Positions 13,301-23,848 of a DNA stretch of 64,000 nucleotides are shown one piece after another. Within the stretch, counting starts at the first letter, position 1. The number at the start of each line of letters is the position of its first letter. The notes under the pieces are model-generated. The model was not told the DNA's origin. It worked only from the letters and a program-made list of their open reading frames with translations, and did not search any database. The translations under genes and the position numbers were made by a program. This DNA comes from Patellaria atrata CBS 101060 (taxonomy: Eukaryota), in contig MU006093.1 in NCBI GenBank assembly GCA_010093705.1, positions 889,301 to 953,300 on the forward strand, read 5' to 3'.

Positions 13301-15933
13301 AAGGATCGCTAGAAGGACAAACTCGATTTGATGAGAAGCTACTCTTATGGAAAGTGATGGATTTACTCATCGAAAATGATGGCACTCTGGAAGGTAGTCC
13401 TGCCATCACTCAAACTGTGAGAAATCTCCTATCAGCTAGCTCACAAGGCTTTCCGGATGCACCGAAATTAGTCGCAACCAGCGACCTCGTTGGCAGTGCT
13501 AAGGCATCATCAGCACACCTACAACCTGAGCCTCTTGATCCCGAAGCTGTAAATCAGTTGCGGTTATGCTTATCAAAAGGAGATCGTGAAGCAGCGGTAT
13601 GGCATGCTGTCGACCAGCGCCTCTGGGCACATGCTCTGTTGATCTCATCCACCTGTAGTAAGGAGATTTGGAAACAAGTGGTGCAAGAGTTTGTTCGTAA
13701 GGAGGTTAAGAAGATGGGTGATAATACAGAACCCCTAGCAGCGCTTTACCAAGTTTTCGCTGGAAACTGGGAAGATAGTATTGATGAACTTGTACCGGCA
13801 TCCGCTAGAGCTGGATTTCAAATGGTCAGCAAATCTGAAGGTATCGGCTCAACTAAGAACGCTCTCGAAGGGCTGGATCGTTGGCGTGAAACGCTCCTAT
13901 TGATCTTAAGCAACAGAAGCGAAGGCGATTCGCAAGCAATTCTATCGCTAGGTAAACTTCTGGCTGGGTACGGCAGAGTGGAGGCTGCGCACACTTGTTA
14001 CTTGTTTGCAAGGCCTTTGGTGCACCTGAGTGGCGCAGACGACCCAATTTCAAATATCGTCTTACTTGGGTTTGACCATATGAACCATCGGCTAGAGACT
14101 GGTAGCGATCTGGAGTCCATACTTCTGACCGAAGTATACGAATATGCACTATCACTCTCCGGTTCCACGCCTATTCCACACCTACAACCTTACAAGCTTC
14201 AGCATGCATTAACATTGGCCGAGTACGGATATCGGAGCGAAGCGCAGAGCTATTGTGACGCGATATTCACCGCGATCAAATCCACAACCAAAGCATCACC
14301 TTACTATCACGGCCAATTCGTTGGTCCTTTGGAGGATCTAAGCAAGCGTCTATCTCAGTCTCCCAAGGATGGGTCTTCTTCGTGGATCTCGAAGCCAAGC
14401 ATGGATAAGGTATCGAGCAACATGTGGGCTAAGTTTACAACCTTCGTTGCGGGCGATGATAGCGATGCCGCTTCTACTGGCTCAGGCCCGGAAGCTGGCC
14501 CATTCGGTAAAATTGCTGGTGATACACCTGATGCCAGTAGATCACCGTCCACCGCTGATTTATATGGATCTTACATGGGCGGAGGGTCCCCAATACCTCC
14601 TGCTGCGCCAGGCAATTCTCGTTACGCACCATCATCAGCATATGCTCCCCGGACATCGATGGAAAGCATCAGAATACGTCAAGAGGTCACTTCTCCGCAG
14701 TCACCCTACGTACCCGGTAGGACCTCATTGGACTCAATACCCGGAAGAGCATCAATGGAATCGCTTGACAGTTCTGGCATAAGAAGAGGCTCAGATTCAC
14801 CTTATATGCGATCAGGCTCGCCGCAACTTAACCACACACTATCCAATTCATATAACCCTTCCAACCAGAGAATGACGGCGTCCAACCTGCACAATGTCTA
14901 CACCCGAAGCGACTCGAACGACTCTTACACTCCTAGCCCTTACAATGCCACTCCGCCGGTTGAAGAAGAAGTGTCAACTTTATCGGATGTTCAAGAGCCC
15001 AACCACCAAGCATCGTCATACGAGCCTCCCACGAGCGGCTATGAACCGCCAACAAGAAGCTACGAACCACCCAGCTATCAACCTTACGAACCTGAACCCG
15101 AATCCGAATCTCCCCAGGAATCTTCCGCCCCGCCTCCAAAGAAGAAATCCTTCATGGACGACGATGAAGACGATGATATTGCCGCCCGCGCCGCAGCCCT
15201 CAAAAAACAACAACGTGCCGAAGCCGACCGCGCAGCCGACGCCGCCTTCCGCGCAGCGGCCGAAGCAGACGCAGCCAAAGCGCAAGAACCTTCGAGCTCT
15301 AGATCCTCTCGCGGCTGGGGCCTCGGCTGGTTCGGCGGCGGCGGCAGAAAACAACAATCCCTAGATCACGCCAACAAACCCATCGAAGCGAAGCTCGGGG
15401 AGAAAAACAGCTTCGTCTACGACGAGACACTTAAGCAATGGATCAACAAGAAAGCAGGCGCCTCCGAAACCGCAACACCCGTCGCCGCCACCCCACCCCC
15501 GCCGAAAGGCGGCGCACCGAGATCCGCGTCCGGCGGCAGCTTGGCTCCCCCGCCGCCGACCAGCAACCCGACCCTACGGAGCAGCAGCATGCCGCCCCCG
15601 ATGGGGATACCGGGCGCGCGTCCCCCTCCCGGTCCGACATCCGTCCCGCCGCCCGTAGGCTCGCTCGCCAGTCCGCCGATGCTGGCGGTATCTAATCCCG
15701 GCTCTAGAGCAGGCACCCCCGCCCTCAGCGATATGGGCACCCCGCCTATGCTACCCGTACTGAGTGCGCTGAGCGGTGGACCACCGGCCTCCGGCCCGCC
15801 GAGTAGACCCGGCACTAGCATGAGCAATGCAAGTAGTATCGATGATTTACTTGCTGCACCCCCCGGGGGGAGGAAGGCGGCTGGCACGGTGAAGAAGAAG
15901 AAGGGAAGGTATGTTGATGTTATGGCGAAGTAG
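10330..15933 (+). CDS. SEC16: COPII coat assembly scaffold Sec16
   Basis: 1867 aa Pro/Ser-rich ORF with a central conserved domain (KFPGPLK, LWAHALLIS, WRETL, EVYEYA), AKLGEKNSFVYD and terminal KKGRYVDVMAK. Confidence 0.92.
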   Translation: MASDDEGPNFSYAYNERSSWNPALRPNTDSDHISKQSSIEHQDPADPIQDPEYQLESSSQGGDFPGNLSRASAGLGFEQPEIHVEQGDNDESFGRYGGSTDSRPSMELVETRRESSSRDLGPQASNSIQGGETASSRDTATSPHIFSTESSSVAQKALNEEKGNGLEATENTDAVGQSLNSVEDEPANPADGYEYQGETTALEEAVQEDSNVSLINDPGTPAVDWGNSTEAFDIGASDTREEAITQNTERGGLDGFPDNYNEDQKRESGLDWEASEEVDFNFSGEDRLNLQAIQDIGPDATKPSDKNGSNAVQEPKQEDLDAMWQAALGDDELLEDDEGMDPSAFFDDGEGFLEDLSTTLETTAPPVGGTVPTTSKYTPATTPSTVSQAQNSYTHHGPQFTDFSQLNQQPGFHSGRTSSYNTYTQANISQNQPIKPALPTAESFVAKAKGGYSSPYDLPEDLSRPLRKRPTMPPISTASSPVITAPPRSSSISNGPPSGPPRSGTMSSIMSPPSSSHSSQVPFQSPLANGMNPPSQPTPKSSSEFFADLPIVSKPRPTPQPGRYAPQITAPTPPIQGPPQHSPPPQLPFGQAPLPANSSSSSYISQLQRSDPLPTFPDTEQVGLAPLTRSSTMPVPAPPAPSRYSPAPSTVSAAPARYSPAPPPAPHAAARYSPAPPNQPPGVSNHARYQSEPPGPPKIQAQQYTPRTSSPLAYHTASQSEDNQHSPPRPNSSGHGSTRSESYRSASRFAEHAPSVGGVPLAQLREEGELDASQPPHILQQYHQPPPQSERLATPPPPKSGASSLVGSPRRRNNYAPTSDTGFAPPKRSQTQSPSTLMRGPGPMFSMGRPASVQDLTSPTSVTSHTMSLPHRRGFSQERNFIIPTDERGSDTLERWKGYPIFKWGVGGSVVTTFPKQIPRYAPGSTVPMLKCTPGEVKVQCVKDLFPLSEAVIKFPGPLKPKAKKKEVCTWVKARIETLEQEGQHLFGHQQGSLEGQTRFDEKLLLWKVMDLLIENDGTLEGSPAITQTVRNLLSASSQGFPDAPKLVATSDLVGSAKASSAHLQPEPLDPEAVNQLRLCLSKGDREAAVWHAVDQRLWAHALLISSTCSKEIWKQVVQEFVRKEVKKMGDNTEPLAALYQVFAGNWEDSIDELVPASARAGFQMVSKSEGIGSTKNALEGLDRWRETLLLILSNRSEGDSQAILSLGKLLAGYGRVEAAHTCYLFARPLVHLSGADDPISNIVLLGFDHMNHRLETGSDLESILLTEVYEYALSLSGSTPIPHLQPYKLQHALTLAEYGYRSEAQSYCDAIFTAIKSTTKASPYYHGQFVGPLEDLSKRLSQSPKDGSSSWISKPSMDKVSSNMWAKFTTFVAGDDSDAASTGSGPEAGPFGKIAGDTPDASRSPSTADLYGSYMGGGSPIPPAAPGNSRYAPSSAYAPRTSMESIRIRQEVTSPQSPYVPGRTSLDSIPGRASMESLDSSGIRRGSDSPYMRSGSPQLNHTLSNSYNPSNQRMTASNLHNVYTRSDSNDSYTPSPYNATPPVEEEVSTLSDVQEPNHQASSYEPPTSGYEPPTRSYEPPSYQPYEPEPESESPQESSAPPPKKKSFMDDDEDDDIAARAAALKKQQRAEADRAADAAFRAAAEADAAKAQEPSSSRSSRGWGLGWFGGGGRKQQSLDHANKPIEAKLGEKNSFVYDETLKQWINKKAGASETATPVAATPPPPKGGAPRSASGGSLAPPPPTSNPTLRSSSMPPPMGIPGARPPPGPTSVPPPVGSLASPPMLAVSNPGSRAGTPALSDMGTPPMLPVLSALSGGPPASGPPSRPGTSMSNASSIDDLLAAPPGGRKAAGTVKKKKGRYVDVMAK

Positions 15934-16777
15934 GTGTTTTTCGGGTTGGGTGGCGTGTAGAGGACCGGGGGTTTGGTGTGGAGGGATTGTGCAAGAGATG
16001 GGGTGAATGTTTGGTGTTTGATATTTCCACCCAAGCACTTTTTTTTCGTTTGGCGGTTTGGCTTGGTGGAGTACACGGTTGGGACTAATTCTTTTTTTCG
16101 ATGTATATCTACATATCAACTTTTTGTTCTAAGACGGTAAACTTCATTGTAATTGGATGCGTGGGATGAACTATCCCTGGAATTTATAGCTGTTTTCGGA
16201 CTCGTTTGATCGGGAGGGTTCGTGACTTCTACCGTGTTCCGTATTCGCTGGTTGATCGTATGGCAATTGATGGCCATCTCGACACGCATCACCGCCATTC
16301 ACTTGCACAATGTTCAACCCGTTTCACTGAAAGATTGATCATACTATACATCCCTATCTAATGACACTCAGGAAAAACCTCTGACCTAGAGATTATGAAA
16401 AGGGATGTAATACCCCAAACCCCCTACAAGAGAAGCTCAGGCCAATATCGAACTTCCATAACCCAAGAAAAAAGAGAACAATGGGTTCCAGTACTCCAAA
16501 GGATGCACACCACACCCATCGCCCCCATAACTAAACCAGCTGAGCTCATGCACACAATATAAATACAACTCCAAACTTCTCATCCTTTCCCCTACAAATT
16601 CCATCCACCATCTTCCAAACCTCACCGGTTCCGAACCGTATGGATCTGTACCACAAAAGCGACCGCACCATCTCCTCTCCTGTACGCTGCTTCTGAGATG
16701 GCGTTTGCCAAAGTGCCTCGAGTCCATAGTCAACGATCGGGCGTACGATTGACGTTTGTCCAACAATAGCCTCCCCC

Positions 16778-18639
16778 TCAGAAAGCACTACCGCTCATAT
16801 CCTCACCGTTCAAGGCCCTCAGACTCGCCTCGGCCAACTCGCTCCTGAGACCGGCATTCTCTGCCTCCCGTTCCAAATTGGCCCACTCTCGCTCTCCCTT
16901 CCTCTTGGCGTCTTCTTTGGCCTTAATGGCCTCCCGTAGCTTGCGAGCCTCCTCTTCGAGCTTCTCGATTTTGGCGGCCTTAGCCGGCTCATATTCGGGC
17001 AGAAGTTGTCCCCCCGGAACGATGGATGGGAGATCTGAGAGATGGTCTCGAAAGCGTTGGGTTCGTGGATACGTTGTGGACGTGCTGTTGTGGGATCCAC
17101 GGAACGGTGGACCACGGGGACCGGCTGGTGGTCCCGAATGCGCGTAGCTCGGTGGTGGGCCGGAACCACGTCCTGTCCAATGGGCAGATCCTCGGCGTGT
17201 AGGATAATCGCGCGGGGGATAGTCGTAGGATGGATCCCTACCGTAGCCGCCTCGACCGCCTCCGCCACGAGGACGGGAAGGTGCAGAGAGCAGAGGATTG
17301 TTAGGAGCGCGATTGTGGGCTGAGATCGAGATGGATGATGAAGATGGTCCGGCTGGGGGAGAAATTGCTGCAGCAGGGAAGTTTCGAGGCCCAGTTGGAG
17401 GGCCTGATGGAGGGGGACGAGCATAGCTGCTGTCACCGTTACGATAGGAAGGTCCAGACGGAGGCGCATTATAGGAGCGCTCTCTTGGCGGTGGAGAATC
17501 GCGTTTGGGAATAGGGGATCGTTCGGTGGGATTCGCTGGATATGGTGACCGTCTATTGGAATTAGTATATAGCTTAGGTCGCACAATATTCGTCTTATGT
17601 AGGAAGAGTAGATTGTACGTTAAGCGTGGGTAACTTACGCCGTGTCAACGGGGTATCCGGCACGTGGAGAAGGAGAACGACGTCTCCAATTATCCACTGT
17701 ATAAGGATCCACCCGTTCTACCCTACGAGGAGAACGCGAGCGAGGTCGAAAAGCTGGAGCTGTTTCAAGCGGTGGTGAACGCCTGCCGTCATACGAAGGG
17801 GTGTAGCCTGGGCGACGTGGACTGAACTAAGTCAGATTTGCAGATGGCTGGGTATTCGGAGTACTATACCTATGAGCCCTCGAAGCAGGTCGCGATCCGT
17901 AGGTATCATCCACATAACGAGCCCGTCGCGGTGAAACATGCCTTTCTCTCTTGCTCGGTGCAGGGGATCGCATGCCACGACTTCCAACCGGCGAGACATC
18001 ACGACTACGCTTGAGTGGAGGAGCAACTGGAGACCTCTCTCTAGTCCTCACTGGAGATCGAGCATAACGGGTTTCGCGTATTGGAGACCGACCACGCCCC
18101 TCTCTGTATTCATTGCGATATGTGCCCCGGTAATCCTCCCGACGAGGAGAAAATTCTCGTCGAGGTGGAGGAGACCTTTCCCTTGCTCTATAAGTTCCAG
18201 TATCTCTGTATAGGTTGCGTGGAGGGCTCCGTGACCGTCGGCGATACTCAGGGGATCTACTACGAGTGCGAGGTGCACGGCGAGAGTCTGGGACATAGGT
18301 ATCTCCGGCGGGAGGAGGGGGTCTACGAGGCGGAGAGCGAGCTGGCCGATATGATTCACCAGCTCCACTACCGTAACGGTCGCGATCATAGGGTCTGTAC
18401 AAATTGCGCATTTTTAGTTAGCAGCTAGCCTTGAATGGGGTGTTTGGTCGTAAAATTTTAGAGGGAACGCATGTTGCTATGGAGAACTGTTCAACATGGA
18501 ACAACAATCTCCTTCATTTGCCTGCGAAGTGACAAGTGCATGAAGTAAGGTATAACAATGGTAGGTGTGGACCTTTGACGTAATAAGGGTAGGGCAAAGC
18601 AAACCTTCGGTCGCGGTCTCTATCACGATCTCGATCCAT
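16778..18639 (-). CDS. Arg/Ser/Pro-rich low-complexity protein with C-terminal coiled coil (RS-domain-like; function unknown)
   Basis: Starts MDRDRDRDRDRR at 18639. Introns about 18395-18604, 17822-17869 and 17553-17638 join the RSRSP-rich ORFs. Ends ..EEEARKLREAI..GSAF. Confidence 0.75.
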
Positions 18640-18806
18640 AACTGATGAGCTTGATAGTCTTCGAAAGATGGAGAGTAGTATAGAAGAGATGGAGAAGGCT
18701 CTTAATGACAGATGGAGCAGTGGTTGTAAGTTGCAGGTAAGCAGGTTCGAACTTTTTCCTCTCTGAATGCTTGGGCGGTTTTAAACGAGGCGACGCTTTG
18801 GATCGA

Positions 18807-18823
18807 CGCGTGTGGCACGTGAC
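18807..18823. promoter_or_regulatory. Adjacent MCB-like (ACGCGT) and E-box (CACGTGAC) elements upstream of the RS-rich gene
   Basis: cgacgcgtgtggcacgtgacc about 170 bp upstream of the ATG. Motif match only. Confidence 0.35.
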
Positions 18824-19465
18824 CTCCTCTCTTACCTCCTTAGATTTTTATTGTACCAAGATGTACTCTTGTATTTCTACTTCCTTGTGCATTTTTGATC
18901 TTGCTCCAGCTATTAATCTTCCATGTCATTCAGGTGAGTCAGGTCGCGAATACACAGGATCGTCTTGACCCCTCTTGCGATCCTGGCACAATACTGGTTT
19001 GCGTACAAAGTCTTCAATGTCATGCACATATCACATAACAGGGCCCCAACTAAACATCAAAGGTGATCTTGGTTCTTGCAATGGGAAATATGCCAGCTCG
19101 GCTTTCCCCATAGTCGGTGTCGCCAAAGGAGCTCCGGATAGCATATAGTCTTGACTAGTCTTCCTATTCTTATTAAAGTATCCCGAGCTCCATACCTGAT
19201 TCATTCCAGATATGATCTTCATCTCTAATACTCCCCTTCTATTATACAGTGCCTAGGCCTCTTTATGTCGGCTACTTCAACCACTTCACCGATTACGCCG
19301 GAATCCGAGTAGATATACAATCCAGCGCTAGATATCTTTCAGAATCTTAAATTATGTTCTTCAGGTCTCACGCAGATACATATTGATTGGTTTGATCACG
19401 TCCTGATAACTCAACAGAGGTAGCCATCGTTACATCTTGATCCTCAAGGTGATATAGCTGTGCGC

Positions 19466-21226
19466 TCATCGTCTCTTTCGCCTTTCTTCATCCTTCTTTA
19501 GGCGTTTGCGGCTCTCTTCTGCATGTATCTGACTTAAATCCTCCTGATCCGCGTTTGATCCCCAAGGATTCTTCTGTTCTTGCCTTCCAGTCTCGTATTG
19601 TCTCCTAACTTCATCTTTACTTAAGCGATCATCCCTTTCAAGTGCATCAACATCTACGGAAACATCAACATCGCCCACCTTGCGCTTCCTTCTGTTATCT
19701 TCTTGGCCAAGTACGGGCATGTTCTCCTGGGCAGTTTTCAAGTCGTAAGCACGCTCACCACCGAAGAAACCTTGCGTACGAATATTATGCTCAGGTAGTA
19801 CCTGATATGCCGAACGGGGATACACGGACTCCTCTGTCTCTGTCCCACGCTTCTGCTTCCTAAGGGAGAAATCACCTTCCGCATTATAGGTACCACCAAC
19901 TTCGGATGGCATAGTGGACGCGATACCGCTTGGGGTTTCCAGTCCACTAGGGATTTCAAGACTTGCTGGGACGTCCTCATCTTCTTCTTCCTCTTCTTCA
20001 CTCTCCTCTTCCTCCTCGGACTCGTCTTCGGGTGGTTGGAGTTCACCCCAGAGAGTTTTCTCCACGGGCTCTCCACTCTGCTGATTTTGCTGGGGCTGTA
20101 ACACGCCAAAGATATCACCACCGTAGAGCGGTCTGTTATACTCGTCAACGGGGGGCTTACCATATCCACCAGGATGAAAACCCCATTGTCCACCAGGTGG
20201 GGGTGGAGCATTGAGGCCGGGTATTTTAAGTGCAGGATACGACGGAGGAGGGCCAAAGCGCTGTTGGTTAATCAACCATGGAGGTGGAGCACCTGGTGGA
20301 ATGTTTAGAGCTTCCTTGAGTTCTTCACTCAGCTCACCAGGTCTAAGATGCTTGAGATTCGTTTCATATTCTTTGCCTTCATAATAGACCTCACCATAAC
20401 GGGTCAGCTCAGGTTTCGTTTGGAACCTAAAGAAAGCTTCGTAAAGCTTCTGATAGTCAATATCGAGCTTGCCCAGTTTTGGTTGTACTCGTTCACGCTG
20501 TTTTTGCTTGAGTGATTGTTGGCCCTCTTTCTCAAGGACTGAATCTCTCATTTCGGCGATTCCAGTATCAGCGATGAATTTTGGGAGCTGAAAGGGCGGT
20601 TTCTCGACACCTCTCTTAGACGAAAGATATTCACGTTTTAGCGACCAGTGAGACGGCACAGGCACGATATTTCTATGTGCCTTAACAGCGACCAATAACC
20701 GAGGATCCGAGGAGGAGACATCTGTCCACTCCACGAGTTCTGGTTTAGCAACCAAGGCCTTTAGCTCTGCGATCGAGAGTCTGCTCTGCAGCTTCCGTTT
20801 CTTTTTGGATAGTTTCTTTTGAGTATCGTCGTCTTCATCAGGTATATCGATATCGTCATCCCACATGACCTCCTCCTGCTGCTCTAGTTCTTTAACCGCA
20901 CCCTGTTGAGACGCGTTCTCCTCAAATTTGTTAAACACTTCCTTGAATTGTGCCAAGAGAGGATCTTCCGCATCTATGTCAAAATCAAGCGATTCTTCCT
21001 TTGTTACCGTGCTGTCTCCATTCGTGACAGGTTCGGATTTGTCCTGAGGCTCGGCGACAGGTGTGGCCTCCTCTGAGGTGTTTTTCGGAGCTGATGTCGA
21101 GTCGGCCTAAGTAGTGTCAGTATCTGTTATAGTAAATATATAAATCGTATGGATGCTTACCGTTTGTTTTTTGGCCTTGATGGCTGCTCGCCGCTTCGCA
21201 TTCTTCGATAACTTTGGGGTCGCCAT
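19466..21226 (-). CDS. CUS1: U2 snRNP splicing factor SF3B2/SAP145/Cus1
   Basis: VPVPSHWSLKREYL, DIDYQKLYEAFFRFQTKP and PSP domain PPPWLINQQRFGPPPSYP. Intron 21107-21160. Confidence 0.93.
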
Positions 21227-21781
21227 GGCGATATTGCGCCCGCTATAGGCGGCGCGTTAACAACTCGAAAATGAGGTATCTGTCTGCCAGTGATCAAATA
21301 ATACGACCCGCAGGATACAGTCAGAAAAAGAATGCTAATGGTGAGGGTATGCACGAGCGGGTGGAGGTTGATGGTGATGGTTAAGGGTTCAAGAACGAAG
21401 TTCTTGCCCTAGATTGAAGATCAAAGCTCTGCCAAGCCTTAGGCCCCGAAATGAATTATGAGGACTGCTATCAACTAAGACTACATCTATAGCTCTACAC
21501 CTCTTCTTTACACAATTGACTCAAGTCATTGGATTCACGAAATTCCCTCATACTTCATGATCTATCTAGCGCTTCGTCGCCCTTTATACCGTTCAATATC
21601 CTTCTCTTGACGGCACCACCTATGAAATATTCAAGCCAAAAAGGTGCCACTAGTCGGAACAGACAGATACCTGTACAGAGATTGAGGAAGTATGGAATAC
21701 TAGAAGTCCCAATGGTGACGATGGAAGGAATTCTCAGAGACCGTAGGGTCTCCCTCCATTAAGATCCTCTACCAAAAACCT

Positions 21782-22915
21782 TCAAGATCGGTCATCAGGG
21801 GCAAACCTCTTCCCCCAGAACGCCCTGTGATGCTTTTCCTCACCTCTTGTCTTAATCTCCCTGATTTCAGTCGGGGTCAGCTTGAAAGTAGTGCACCTTA
21901 AGTAGTCCGACATTCGCTGCTCCTGCAACAAACCTGATTAGTATTTCGTCCCTTTTCAAAGATAGTAAAATTACTCCTTACCCTCGATGACGTCGTAACC
22001 GCAACGATATCCTGATCGATACACCACCTCAAGCAAATCTCAGAATCGCTCACCGCATACTTCTTCGCTAAACTAGCCACGAAGTCGTCTATCGGGCCCG
22101 GCCTCGCTTTTGTAATAGGACTCAAAGGCCCATAAGCACTAGTTGCAATCCCCAGTTTCTTATGATGCTCTAGAAGCTTTGAACGCTGTAGGTACGGGTG
22201 AAACTCAATCTGGTTGATGGCTGGAGTAATCTTCGCCGTCTTCATTACCGCGTCAAGATGCTGAGGGAGAAAGTTCGATACACCGATAGACTTGGCTAGA
22301 CCTTCTTCCTTTATTTCTTCCATGACGGCCCACTGTTTTTGTAGTCCTTCGTTGTTGTCTGCGTACCAGGGCGAGTGGATGAGATAGCTGTTCAATGTAA
22401 GTTGGACTGCTCAAGCTGAAGGGAGGCAATTTCATTTACAGATCCAAATAGTCCAATTGCAACTTTTGCAAGCTCTTTTTGACACACTCCTTGATATCTC
22501 CGACACCGGCCCATTTGGTGGTTATGAAAATCTTCTCCCTTTCGACACCACATTCCTTGATTGCGACTCCCATTTCTGGTTCAGTCTTATACACTGTTGA
22601 CAGAAGGATTAGTTGTATTTCGAGCGAGGAGGTAGATACGTAATGTAAAACCCGATACTCACTTTCTGCGCCGTCAATATGGTTGTACCCCATGCTGATT
22701 GCAGTCTTCATCGACTTCACCAGCTCTTTGTCGATTTGATTCTCGTCCGATTTTGACCATGCTGTTCCTGTCCCATATGCGAGCTATTTGAAAAACAAAC
22801 GATGAGCATTCAGCAAGGGAAAGAATATCCATATGTTAGGACATTAACGCACCATTGGTATGGAATTGCCATCATTGAGCTTTAATTTGGTTATTGGTGT
22901 TCGAATATTCGCCAT
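21782..22915 (-). CDS. Aldo-keto reductase
   Basis: [50 protein letters not shown]. Four short GT-AG introns; ends FAPDDRS*. Confidence 0.9.
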
Positions 22916-23848
22916 ACTGATTAGGCCTCCCACGGGATACGAAAGTAGTAGTAGATGCTTAAAGGAAGAGGGATAAAACTCACAACCTTTACAACTTAGA
23001 GTATCAAGATCTTTCACTTAGGGCGGGGCTTTATCTTGAATCTCTTGAAATTCAGAGGTGCATCAACTTGTATCAGGCGGTAACGCTCATTTTCAAGAGG
23101 GGCATGACGCAAGTGGAGCTTGTGAACGGCACATTACTTGGTAATCGAAGCAGCACCTTTGTAGCTTAGTTCTAGCTACCGATCAAAGCTCCGAGCAGAA
23201 GCCTCGGATGGTCGGTTTAGATATCGAGTAGACTGAGGTAATAGCAAGAATAATCGAACACCGGAAGCGGGGACGGTTTGGCGTAAGGTTTAGCAATGTC
23301 AACCTCACTAGTCCATCTCATTATCCCATATTGTCGGACTACTCCATAAAATGCTTGAAAGGTTTGTTCTAAGGCCGTATAACACACCAGTAAGGTAGCT
23401 CTGAGCATGATACTCATGGGGAGGGTGTGCGTACGCGTATGAGGATGGAGAGATAGCTGGCTATAATTATTGAGGGCTCACGCATGCGTCAATACCACGC
23501 AAGATGATTTAACTTTGAAGACTTCGCATTGATCTAGTGACTCTGTACATCGCCTTCTTCCTATTCCATCCAACCTTTCCTACGCACAATCCCTGGTATT
23601 ACCGAAACACAAACTAGAAAAGAAAATTAATGTAAAAGGGTTTTTTGTGTAAGCGAGTTTTGGTAGACGAATAGCAAGAAGGATAGTGCAGGTTAAGCTT
23701 GAGAAGATGACGATAATTTAGTATCCCGCCCCTAATACCTGTTTTACACATCAACATGGAAGGAATTTCTTTCCTTTTCCAACCCGCAATGCTTCCATGT
23801 ACGTCTCTAGAAATGCAACACATTGGAGTCTTTTTCTTAGCGCGGAAG

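Noticed and set aside
21730..21784. Readthrough PTS1 after other stop codons (AKR here; also PFK26, SDR and ACBP)
   Set aside because: The in-frame extensions do not end in a PTS1-like tripeptide.
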